In this document: positions 55,996 through 64,000 of the stretch, in pieces
Layout of the letters: each line of letters begins with the position of its first letter
How positions within the stretch are numbered: the first letter of the stretch is position 1
Assembly: GCA_963753595.1 (NCBI GenBank)
Contig: CAVWCX010000028.1
Coordinates: 1 to 64,000, forward strand
Origin: Candidatus Methanoperedenaceae archaeon
GTDB taxonomy: Archaea > Halobacteriota > Methanosarcinia > Methanosarcinales > Methanoperedenaceae
Reading direction: 5' to 3'
DNA length: 64,000 bases
Position numbers and translations under genes: made by a program
The notes under the pieces: model-generated
Database searches by the model: none
The model's input: only the letters and a program-made list of their open reading frames with translations
What the model was told of the DNA's origin: nothing

Positions 55996-56234
55996 TATCC
56001 TTTTCCCCTGCCGAGCAGGTAACCCACGAAAACCCCGCCAACGAATGCTCCTGCCACATAAGCAAGAGGGTTTTCATTTATCTTCGCTTCAGCAGATTCT
56101 TTTTGCTCCCCGACTGTTTTCCCTATTGACTTAGATAGTTCATCAAATTTTTCTTCAAATTTGGCCGTCAGATCGCTGAGTGTATTTTTTATCTCTTTTA
56201 TTTCTTGTTTTACTACTTTTTCATCTTCTTGCAT
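55995..56234 (-). CDS. ElaB/YqjD (DUF883)-like tail-anchored protein
   Basis: Charged helical N-terminus, ENPLAYVAGAFVGGVFVGYLLGR tail. Confidence 0.78.
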   Translation of the reverse strand: MQEDEKVVKQEIKEIKNTLSDLTAKFEEKFDELSKSIGKTVGEQKESAEAKINENPLAYVAGAFVGGVFVGYLLGRGKG

Positions 56235-56317
56235 AAATTAACCTCCACAATTGAAATTATGTATTGTTTATATATATATAGTCAGGTGGTTACCCAAATA
56301 ATTTGTTAAGTAATTTT

Positions 56318-57274
56318 TCACCTTGCAGGTGGCCGCTGGGTAGTTGGAGCCGCCTCAAGCACGGTCTTTCGCTTCACTTTTTGCTGCCCGCTGAAAAACT
56401 CCATAGTAACTTTGTCGCCCACTTCGTGTTTGCCAAGGACTTTGATCAGATCCCTGACATTATTGATATCAATATCATCCATGCGGATAAGGATATCCGC
56501 AACTTCGATGCCTGATTTGTCTGCTTCGCTTCCAGGTATAACATTGGTCACCACAACCCCTTTTTCGGTTGGAAGATCATAGTATGCCACAAGCTTCGGG
56601 TTGACATCAACAGCATTGATGCTGATCCAGGGTCTTACGATTTTACCGTTTTTTATCAGCTGCTCGGCTGCCCACATGGCTGCCTGTATCGGGATGGAAA
56701 AACCAATGCCCTGTGCAAAAGGTATAATGGCGCTGTTAATCCCTATCACCACACCGCTGCTGTTTATCAATGGGCCCCCGCTGTTGCCCGGATTGATGGC
56801 TGCATCTGTCTGTATCAATCCTTCCATGAACGTCACTTCAGTCTGGATAGAGCGGTTCAATGCGCTTATAACACCTGCCGTTACAGTCGGGCCGCCCACA
56901 AGGCCCAGGGGACTGCCTATAGCTATAGCCATTTGACCTATTTTTATAGTATCATTACTGGCGAGCTCAGGCACAGGCAAATTGCTGGCTTTGATCTTAA
57001 GAACCGCAATATCCAGAATTGAATCCAGGCCACGAACCTCCCCCGGGAATATCCTCCCATCTTCCAGTGCCACTTTTATCTCACTGGAACCAAGCACTAC
57101 GTGAGCATTTGTGAGAATAAAACCGTCTTTTGTAATGATAAAACCCGAGCCTACACCAGGAATTGGATGGACGTTCAGGTAAGCATCTTTCATCAGCTTT
57201 ACTTCGCTTATGTTCACAACGCTTGGTATTACCTTTTCTACAGCTCCTACAACTGTATCGTCAAAATTTGCCAT
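56318..57274 (-). CDS. htrA: HtrA/DegP-family serine protease with PDZ domain, no signal peptide
   Basis: GSGF, TNAHV, DIAVL, QTDAAINPGNSGGPL, PDZ. Confidence 0.92.
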   Translation of the reverse strand: MANFDDTVVGAVEKVIPSVVNISEVKLMKDAYLNVHPIPGVGSGFIITKDGFILTNAHVVLGSSEIKVALEDGRIFPGEVRGLDSILDIAVLKIKASNLPVPELASNDTIKIGQMAIAIGSPLGLVGGPTVTAGVISALNRSIQTEVTFMEGLIQTDAAINPGNSGGPLINSSGVVIGINSAIIPFAQGIGFSIPIQAAMWAAEQLIKNGKIVRPWISINAVDVNPKLVAYYDLPTEKGVVVTNVIPGSEADKSGIEVADILIRMDDIDINNVRDLIKVLGKHEVGDKVTMEFFSGQQKVKRKTVLEAAPTTQRPPAR

Positions 57275-57355
57275 ATTATCATCACTCCTCGAACTTTTAT
57301 ATCTACAATATCAATCTTTGCTATTCAGTTCCTACTTATTCATCTTCTACACTGG

Positions 57356-57502
57356 TTAAAAAGGTTTTCGTCCCTGGATGATTCTTAATAGGATCATAAT
57401 TATAGCAATGACCAGCAATATATGGATCAAGCTGCCAAGTATACCTAGCGAAAATCCCAACAGCCAGAGTATAATCAGAATTACTATTATTGTTCCGATC
57501 AT
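57356..57502 (-). CDS. lmo0937 (DUF5670)-family small membrane protein, absent from the ORF track
   Basis: MIGTIIVILIILWLLGFSLGILGSLIHILLVIAIIMILLRIIQGRKPF, 48 aa. Confidence 0.85.
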   Translation of the reverse strand: MIGTIIVILIILWLLGFSLGILGSLIHILLVIAIIMILLRIIQGRKPF

Positions 57503-57505
57503 GAT

Positions 57506-57883
57506 TTAACCTCTCACGATTACTTTTCCGTGCTGCATGGTTAGATGGTTTGTACAACTATATTCAAATGTTCCGGCTTGATCAAATTTGTAGCTATATG
57601 TTTTACCTGATCCGATATTTCCTGAATCAAATGAGCCTGATACTGAAGTTACAGTGTGTGGAACATTATCATCATTAACCCAGGTCACGGTTGTCCCCAT
57701 CGGGACTTCTGCAATATCGGGAACGAAATTATTGTTTTTAATATTTATCTGTTGTTCAGTGGATATCTGTGCCGGCGTTGTTGCAAGTGGTGTTGGTTCC
57801 GCGGGTCTGGTCGTAGTTGTTGTGGTACACCCGCTTATTAATACAAATATCACTAACAATCCAATAATCAATATCTTTTTCAT
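57506..57883 (-). CDS. Cupredoxin (plastocyanin/halocyanin-like) lipoprotein
   Basis: ISGC lipobox, VTWVN...HTVT, YSCTNH.TM type-1 copper ligands. Confidence 0.88.
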   Translation of the reverse strand: MKKILIIGLLVIFVLISGCTTTTTTRPAEPTPLATTPAQISTEQQINIKNNNFVPDIAEVPMGTTVTWVNDDNVPHTVTSVSGSFDSGNIGSGKTYSYKFDQAGTFEYSCTNHLTMQHGKVIVRG

Positions 57884-57943
57884 ATAAACCTCCGTCTCAA
57901 TATGAGATTTCTGTAATTTTCCCATTTTTCCTTATTTTCAGTA

Positions 57944-58123
57944 AGGGATTATTTTAAGTGGAATGTGCCGTTCTCAAGCGCCAGGATCTTACAGAATCAG
58001 GAAACTGATGCATAAGTCAGGCACGGTAAATTCCCACGCCCTTCGTTCACTCGTGGCAAACAATATAATGAAGGTTTCAAAAGTATTTAAAACTTTCCGG
58101 CCATTCATTTATTTTTAAACGAT
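57944..58123 (-). promoter_or_regulatory. Conserved promoter plus structured leader, copy B
   Basis: Homologous to 53543..53705; lies upstream of the cupredoxin-lmo0937-htrA run. Confidence 0.55.
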
Positions 58124-58556
58124 TGTAAATAATGAAACTATAGGGAGAGATTTGATGTGCTAATTTTTGAAGTGTATGGTACGGATAGATAATGTCATTT
58201 GAACGTTAATTCCAGAGCCGGATACACAACTGTATCCAGCATTTTAAGGGTTCGAAAATAACTGTCATTTAAGTTACATTTAAAAGTTTTTATGATGATA
58301 AGTATAATAATAACTATCATCAGTTAAAACAATTGTATAGAGTGTGAAAGTATTTATAGTATTAAATATCTAATAGATAGAAATCAATAAACGTTTATTT
58401 AGATTTGTTGATAGGGGGATCTGTTAATTAATTTGGGGTTAGCGACCAAAAAATCCTAGGGAGTAAAATATGAAATATCAATATTTGGAAAAAGTTAAGA
58501 TATGGGTATATATTGCAGCTATAGCAGCAATTATATCTGATACCGTTAGTAAAAAT

Positions 58557-59402
58557 ATGAAAGGAAGTGCCCGGCACTTGAGTCTTCTGGCAATCCTGGG
58601 AGTCGTCGCGCTTGTTTGCGGCGTCTCCCCGGCACTTGCCGCGACGACGGTGAATCTTGGAACAGCCGATAGTTTCGCAGTTCTGGCTGGCTCGGGGATA
58701 ACCAATACTGGTCCAACGACGATTACCGGGGATGTCGGGACGTTTCCGACTCCGGCTGAGACCGGCTTTGTCTACATTACGTTGCACGGGGCAAACCACG
58801 TGGATGACGCTGTTACGCAATCGGCCAAGAACGATCTGACCTCGGCTTATAACAATGTCGCTGGACAAACACCGGTTTCCAGGGTAAATACGGAACTCGG
58901 CACTACAACCAGATTCGCAGGTATCTACGACTCTGCGGACGGTACATTTGGGATAACAGGGACTCTGACGCTCGACGCCCAGGGCGACCCCAGCGCAGTC
59001 TTTATCTTCAAGACCGACTCCACACTTATTACGGCAGGGGCGAGTAATGTAAATCTCATAAATGGCGCTCAAGCCTGCAATGTCTTTTGGAAAGTAGGCA
59101 GTTCTGCAACACTCGGAACGAACTCCCGTTTCAAAGGAAATATCCTGGCATTGACATCAATAACTCTGACGACCGGAGCAAACATATCCGGCAGAGCCCT
59201 GGCGCGTAATGGTGCAGTGACGATGGATACCAACACGATCACCGCCTCCACATGCCAAGCTACCGGAACACCTGCTGGAACACCTACTGGAACACCTGTC
59301 GGAACACCCTCTGCAACACCGATTCCGGAATTTCCGACAATTTCATTGGCTATTGCTTCAGTGATCGGTCTGATGTTCCTATTCCAGAGAAAGGGCAAAT
59401 AA
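58557..59402 (+). CDS. Ice-binding (DUF3494)-family protein with PEF-CTERM signal
   Basis: VNLGTADSFAVLAGSGITNTG, LTLDAQGD..AVFIF, NVFWKVGSSATLGT, GRALA; C-terminus IPEFPTISLAIASVIGLMFLFQRKGK. Confidence 0.9.
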   Translation: MKGSARHLSLLAILGVVALVCGVSPALAATTVNLGTADSFAVLAGSGITNTGPTTITGDVGTFPTPAETGFVYITLHGANHVDDAVTQSAKNDLTSAYNNVAGQTPVSRVNTELGTTTRFAGIYDSADGTFGITGTLTLDAQGDPSAVFIFKTDSTLITAGASNVNLINGAQACNVFWKVGSSATLGTNSRFKGNILALTSITLTTGANISGRALARNGAVTMDTNTITASTCQATGTPAGTPTGTPVGTPSATPIPEFPTISLAIASVIGLMFLFQRKGK

Positions 59403-59556
59403 TTTAATCTGGCCCTTTATTTTCTTTTTTTTCCCATAGTAAATTTGTCACCCACTTTGTGTTCGTTGAGGACTTTGATCAGATTTGACGACCTTTTTAT
59501 GTTTGAAGAATAATCTTACACGCATTATGATACCTGGAAGTAAGCAATGTGATGAT

Positions 59557-59757
59557 ATGATAGCTCGCAAGAATGAGACAAAACCTCCTTTTAGGCCAGA
59601 TTCAGAATCGGAAAAGCTGGTACGATGTAACCATTGTGGTGAAACTTTTAAGGAAAAAGAAATAAAGTGGGATACAATACGGGAGAAGTGGGTCTGCAAA
59701 AATCATCCAAAGTGCGATGGCTCAGTGTTGAATTTAGATATTCGTCATGTTGATTAG
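59557..59757 (+). CDS. Small Zn-ribbon-like protein
   Basis: CNHC...CKNHPKC. Confidence 0.55.
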   Translation: MIARKNETKPPFRPDSESEKLVRCNHCGETFKEKEIKWDTIREKWVCKNHPKCDGSVLNLDIRHVD

Positions 59758-59854
59758 ATCTTAAAAAACAGGTGTTCGATACAGAAAATTATAAAAAAAA
59801 AATGTTTGAGGCTGCGAGCCTCAAGGGAGTGCAGACGCATGATACGCTGCTCTC

Positions 59855-60034
59855 CTACTTCCCAAAGACCTTCTTAATCTGGCCGACCTTTTCTTGTATT
59901 TTACCTTCTATTTTCTCGCTTTTACCTTCTATTTCCAGATCGGTATTCTTGGTGATTTTCCCGGCGGCTTCCTTAATCCCACCCTTCACTTTGTGTATAT
60001 TGCTTTCAATCTTGTCTTGTGTACTGCTTTTCAT
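59855..60034 (-). CDS. csbD: CsbD family stress protein, second copy, absent from the ORF track
   Basis: MKSSTQDKIESNIHKVKGGIKEAAGKITKNTDLEIEGKSEKIEGKIQEKVGQIKKVFGK, 59 aa, GGAGG RBS. Confidence 0.88.
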   Translation of the reverse strand: MKSSTQDKIESNIHKVKGGIKEAAGKITKNTDLEIEGKSEKIEGKIQEKVGQIKKVFGK

Positions 60035-60072
60035 ATTATTCCTCCGTTTATTTTTAATCTGAATATTCGTAT

Positions 60073-60345
60073 TTATTTTCGCTCCAGCATATCTCCGATA
60101 TATGTCCCAATAATAAATAGTACTGCAAGGATTATAACTTCGATAAATATGCCCACTCCGGCTAAACCACCAAGCATCAACATCGCTCCACCTCCTAATA
60201 ACCCCAGTAATACCATTATAGCACCAAGGACTATTCCAATCACTACTCCTTTTTTGAGTAGTGCCCAGCGGTCTTCCTTGCCTGGTTTCATGTAGCCATA
60301 TATAATTCCGATTATAATTATCAATATTTCCAATGTATATGCCAT
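60073..60345 (-). CDS. Small three-TM membrane protein (paralog of 54516..54788)
   Basis: Near-identical paralog. Confidence 0.78.
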   Translation of the reverse strand: MAYTLEILIIIIGIIYGYMKPGKEDRWALLKKGVVIGIVLGAIMVLLGLLGGGAMLMLGGLAGVGIFIEVIILAVLFIIGTYIGDMLERK

Positions 60346-60393
60346 AATATCTCCCTAATTTTTAAATTTAATATATTTCTGTTGCAGCCAGCT

Positions 60394-60681
60394 CTATTTC
60401 TTATATACAAGAACCCCGGTCAGAACTCCAATTAAACCTATCAATACAAATCCAAGCCCCTGCATAGCGAACATCACATCAATGGCAGATGCAATTCCCC
60501 AGAATATCAAGAAAAACCCGGTGCCAGCGATTGAGATCGCAATCCCTGTAATAAATATTTTTTTTCTGGATTTCTCTATCCCTTTTTCTATGGAATTGCC
60601 AATTACATCATGGGCTTCGCTAAAACCCTGGATTATCGAATTTGAAAGGCCGGAAAGAAAATCTATTATATTTTGCTGCAC
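60394..60681 (-). CDS. Two-TM membrane protein (paralog of 55711..55995)
   Basis: Paralog in the same operon position. Confidence 0.65.
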   Translation of the reverse strand: MQQNIIDFLSGLSNSIIQGFSEAHDVIGNSIEKGIEKSRKKIFITGIAISIAGTGFFLIFWGIASAIDVMFAMQGLGFVLIGLIGVLTGVLVYKK

Positions 60682-60920
60682 TAGCCTTTTCCCCTACCGA
60701 GCAGGTAACCCACGAAAACCCCGCCAACGAATGCTCCTGCCACATAAGCAAGAGGGTTTTCATTTATCTTCGCTTCAGCAGATTCTTTTTGCTCCCCGAC
60801 TGTTTTCCCTATTGATTTAGATAGTTCATCAAATTTTGCTTCAAATTTGGCCGTCAGGTCGCTGAGTGAATGTTTTATCTCTTTTATTTCTTGTTTTACT
60901 ACTTTTTCATCTTCTTGCAT
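60681..60920 (-). CDS. ElaB/YqjD (DUF883)-like protein, second copy
   Basis: Differs from 55995..56234 at 3 residues. Confidence 0.78.
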   Translation of the reverse strand: MQEDEKVVKQEIKEIKHSLSDLTAKFEAKFDELSKSIGKTVGEQKESAEAKINENPLAYVAGAFVGGVFVGYLLGRGKG

Positions 60921-60950
60921 AAATTAACCTCCACAATGGAAATTGATTGA

Positions 60951-61103
60951 CTATAACGGTTTGCGTCCCTGGATGATTCTTACCAGTATCACGATAATAG
61001 CAACCACCAGCAATATATGGATTAAGCCGCCAAGTAAACCGAGCCCAAATCCCAACAGCCAGAGTATCAACAAAATTACAACTATTGTCCAGAATAGATC
61101 CAT
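60951..61103 (-). CDS. lmo0937-family small membrane protein, second copy, absent from the ORF track
   Basis: MDLFWTIVVILLILWLLGFGLGLLGGLIHILLVVAIIVILVRIIQGRKPL, 50 aa, GGAGG RBS. Confidence 0.85.
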   Translation of the reverse strand: MDLFWTIVVILLILWLLGFGLGLLGGLIHILLVVAIIVILVRIIQGRKPL

Positions 61104-61198
61104 ACAACTAACCTCCTCAAGTATGATATTTGTACTAAATGCATATAATCTTTTCGTTTATTTTTGGCTTTCAGTCATTTAAAATTAGACATTGCTTA

Positions 61199-61390
61199 TT
61201 AATCTTTTTCTGTGAGTACGTCCACACGGTTGTGAAGTTCAGCCATGTTTTCTGCAAGGTTTTTTATTAATTCAGCACATCTGTCAGCAAAACTTGCAGC
61301 CTGTTTAGCATCTATATCATCTTTTGAATCTGCAATATCTTTCATCAAAAGGTTAGCCATTTCCACAATTTCTTCCGGATATACAACCAT
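61199..61390 (-). CDS. Small helical hypothetical protein
   Basis: GGAGG RBS, directly downstream of the thermosome gene. Confidence 0.6.
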   Translation of the reverse strand: MVVYPEEIVEMANLLMKDIADSKDDIDAKQAASFADRCAELIKNLAENMAELHNRVDVLTEKD

Positions 61391-61420
61391 TTTAACACTT
61401 CCTCCCTTCTTATAAAATGC

Positions 61421-63058
61421 TTAACCCATTCCTTCCATTCCACCCATGCCACCGGGTGGCATGCCTCCTGCAGGCGCAGCTTTGCTTGAAAGCACATCAT
61501 CAATCCTCAGGATCATGGTGGCTGCCTCCGTAGCAGAACTGATAGCCTGTGTCTTTACTCTTAGGGGCTCAACCACACCTTCTTTCCACATGTCCACAAC
61601 TTTTCCAGTGAACACATTGAGACCGGCAGTATTGTTTCCCTTCTCATGCTGGCTTCGCATCTCCACAAGCATATCAATGGGGTCAAGACCGGCATTTTCA
61701 GCCAGAGTCCTTGGGATGATTTCAAGCGCCTCGGCAAATTTTGCGACTGCCAGCTGTTCCCTGCCTATTAATGTGGCTGAGTATTCTCGCAGGCGCAGAG
61801 CCAGTTCAACTTCAGGTGAGCCGCCTCCAGCTACAAGTGCCTCATCCTCGATTGCAACTCCAACCACACGCAATGCATCATGAAGCGCACGCTCGGCTTC
61901 ATCCACGACATGCTCGGTCCCTCCTCGAAGAATAATGGAGACTGCCTTGGGGTTGTGGCATCCGGTAACATATGTCATTGCCTCCTCACCGATCTTTTTC
62001 TCCTCTACAAGATCCGCTTTTCCAAGATCAGATTCGCTGATTTCCTTTAGACCTGTCAGTATCTTTGCACCGGTTGCGCGTGCCAGTTTTTCCATGTCGC
62101 TTTTCTTTACGCGCCTTGCTGCGAAAATGCCTGCTTTTGCAAGATAATGCTGTGCAAGGTCATCTATTCCCTTCTCAACGAAGACCACATTTGCACCGCT
62201 TTTAATCACTTTTTTGACCATGTCATGCAACATCTGTTCTTCCTGGTCAAGGAATAACTGGAGCTGGTCGGGTGATTTTATTGATATCTCGGATTTCACT
62301 TCTGTCTTTTTGATCTCGAGGGCTTCATTGAGCAGAAGTATCCTGGCATCATGGACATTCTTTGGCATGTTGGTATGGGCTCTTTCCTTATCGATTACCA
62401 TGCCTTCGATCAGCTCTGATGCTTCTACACTGCCGCCCACTTTCTTCTCAACTTTGATCTCTTCAATATCTGCTTTATATTTGCCATTCTCTTCATCAAC
62501 CACCGCTAATATGGCATTTACAGCAAGGCTGGCGAAAACATCCTTGGAAGCTTCGGCTCCTTTTCCGGTAATCGCTGTCACAGCGATTTTCAATAATAAA
62601 TCCTTATCTTCCAGAGTCACTGTTTTTGCAAGGGTCTTAAGGATCTCTTTTGCTTTTATCGATGCAAGCCTGTATCCGCTTGCGATGACTGTGGGATGAA
62701 CACCCAGCTCTAATAGATCTTGCGCATTCTTCAGGAATTCACCTGCAAGCACTGCTGCCGTTGTTGTGCCATCTCCTACCTCATCATCCTGGGTCTTTGC
62801 GACTTCCACGATCATCTTGGCTGCCGGATGCTCGATATCCATTGCCTGGAGAATGGTCGCACCATCATTGGTGATTACGATATCGCCCAGCGAGTCCACG
62901 AGCATTTTATCCATACCCTTTGGTCCCAGGGTCGTCCTGACCGCCGCTGCTACCGCCATGGCAGCCATGATATTGTTATGCTGCGCTTCTTTTCCTTTTG
63001 TTCTTTGACTGCCTTCTCTCAGAATATAGATTGGCTGTCCTGATAATTGTCCTGCCAT
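61421..63058 (-). CDS. ths: Thermosome (group II chaperonin) subunit
   Basis: [28 protein letters not shown]-rich tail; start at MAGQLSG with GGAGG RBS. Confidence 0.96.
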   Translation of the reverse strand: MAGQLSGQPIYILREGSQRTKGKEAQHNNIMAAMAVAAAVRTTLGPKGMDKMLVDSLGDIVITNDGATILQAMDIEHPAAKMIVEVAKTQDDEVGDGTTTAAVLAGEFLKNAQDLLELGVHPTVIASGYRLASIKAKEILKTLAKTVTLEDKDLLLKIAVTAITGKGAEASKDVFASLAVNAILAVVDEENGKYKADIEEIKVEKKVGGSVEASELIEGMVIDKERAHTNMPKNVHDARILLLNEALEIKKTEVKSEISIKSPDQLQLFLDQEEQMLHDMVKKVIKSGANVVFVEKGIDDLAQHYLAKAGIFAARRVKKSDMEKLARATGAKILTGLKEISESDLGKADLVEEKKIGEEAMTYVTGCHNPKAVSIILRGGTEHVVDEAERALHDALRVVGVAIEDEALVAGGGSPEVELALRLREYSATLIGREQLAVAKFAEALEIIPRTLAENAGLDPIDMLVEMRSQHEKGNNTAGLNVFTGKVVDMWKEGVVEPLRVKTQAISSATEAATMILRIDDVLSSKAAPAGGMPPGGMGGMEGMG

Positions 63059-63129
63059 AACTAACCTCCATTTCGATCTGGTCTTCAACCTTCGAAGCAT
63101 TAAAATCGAAAAGCCCTGGATACTTGAAA

Positions 63130-63266
63130 GGGATTCAAGCACGAGCGGGAACCATATCCATAGTTTTTCCGCACATGGCATTACCCATGATTGGCATTTC
63201 TATATCATCCTGAACTTACGAGATTACCACGCAGGTTTAGAAAATGATCACTCGTTTTACTCTCCC
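63130..63266 (-). ncRNA. Putative structured RNA, copy 2 (upstream of the thermosome gene)
   Basis: TATA-like GTATAAATG upstream; GGGA/TCCC closing stem; homologous to 53323..53454. Confidence 0.65.
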
Positions 63267-63405
63267 ATTTATATGTATGACATTAATGGCATTTATACAT
63301 GTTGATTGGATGCTGTTGCCACTGTGAGGTCGCTTTGAGCTTTCAAGGTGGCATTCTGGAGCCAACCTGCTTCTGTGTTTCACAGGAAAATGAAATTCTG
63401 ATAGA

Positions 63406-64000
63406 TCAGAACAATCCAATAATAGGTTTAATTATTTCCCATAAAATCATGAGAACTATTGCAACCTCAAGCCAGAGGGCCAATTGCTCGGCGGAAAGTT
63501 GCCTTGCTGTTGAGTAGAGATCCTGGAGAGAATCGATCTTTTCCTGCACCAATTTTCCATAGTCCATTACTTTGAGCGTGTCCAGCATATTCTGATAAAA
63601 AGACTGGTAATACCAATCAGTTGTAATTTTGTGAGGATTCATCAGGTCTTTAATATCATCAAGGATCACAAGCCCGATCTCACTCACCATAAATAATGAT
63701 TTTTCAAGTTTTCTTGGCGCCTGTGTTATGAAATAGTATCTTGAGCTGTTAAGGCTTTTTAGAGCTTCGAAAGCGTTAGATATTTCAAGATCGATCTCCC
63801 TGTCATATATCTGGAACAAAAGAAAAAGTGATATGGAAAGTTCCAGTAATTCACGCAGTTCGTTGATGTAACCATCGCAACCAATAACAAAAGCCCCCTC
63901 GGTCGTAGCAAGAAACAGGTCTTCATCGTAATATGAGAGATCATTTGCGATCTTTTCCATGATCTCCTTGCTGTGCAGCGCACGGCTGGAAGTCTCTCCT
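63406..64000 (-). CDS. Hypothetical protein with C-terminal TM, 5' end outside the window
   Basis: Frame stays open to the window edge; helical body and LWLEVAIVLMILWEI tail. Confidence 0.6.
   Translation of the reverse strand, partial: GETSSRALHSKEIMEKIANDLSYYDEDLFLATTEGAFVIGCDGYINELRELLELSISLFLLFQIYDREIDLEISNAFEALKSLNSSRYYFITQAPRKLEKSLFMVSEIGLVILDDIKDLMNPHKITTDWYYQSFYQNMLDTLKVMDYGKLVQEKIDSLQDLYSTARQLSAEQLALWLEVAIVLMILWEIIKPIIGLF

Noticed and set aside
59772-60295. Plus-strand ORFs 59772..60062 and 59894..60295
   Set aside because: Antisense to csbD copy 2 and the 90-aa membrane gene.
63059-63181. 41-aa N-terminal extension of the thermosome in the ORF track
   Set aside because: A GGAGG RBS precedes MAGQLSG, and the extension overlaps the conserved non-coding element.

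Overview
Archaeal chromosomal window; gene style suggests Methanosarcinales, probably a Ca. Methanoperedens-like ANME (inference). 1-9.8 kb: housekeeping genes (tRNA-Ser(GGA), cbf5/truB, cmk, DUF106, adk, trpS) plus a bacterial-type acnB. 9.8-50 kb: a cell-surface/exopolysaccharide island. It carries a His-type exosortase with an EpsI partner, CPBP protease, DUF1616 proteins, a VPEL-CTERM protein, a long glycan-modification operon, two inverted DUF5060/DUF4038 paralogs sharing a 323-bp near-identical tract, a 2064-aa SGNH/LamG/FN3 repeat protein and a GT-C with an (AAT)23 tract. An IS481-type element at 17.3-22.9 kb has been hit by three other IS elements, each with intact target duplications. 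50-53.3 kb: a second IS cluster. 53.3-63.3 kb: a partly duplicated stress-type island (CsbD, ElaB/YqjE-like and lmo0937-like pairs, HtrA, cupredoxin, PEF-CTERM ice-binding protein, thermosome). The strongest novel signal is an unannotated ~135-nt structured RNA present in two inverted copies that bracket this island. Each copy has a TATA box and the two show compensatory base changes. A second duplicated structured leader also occurs in the island.
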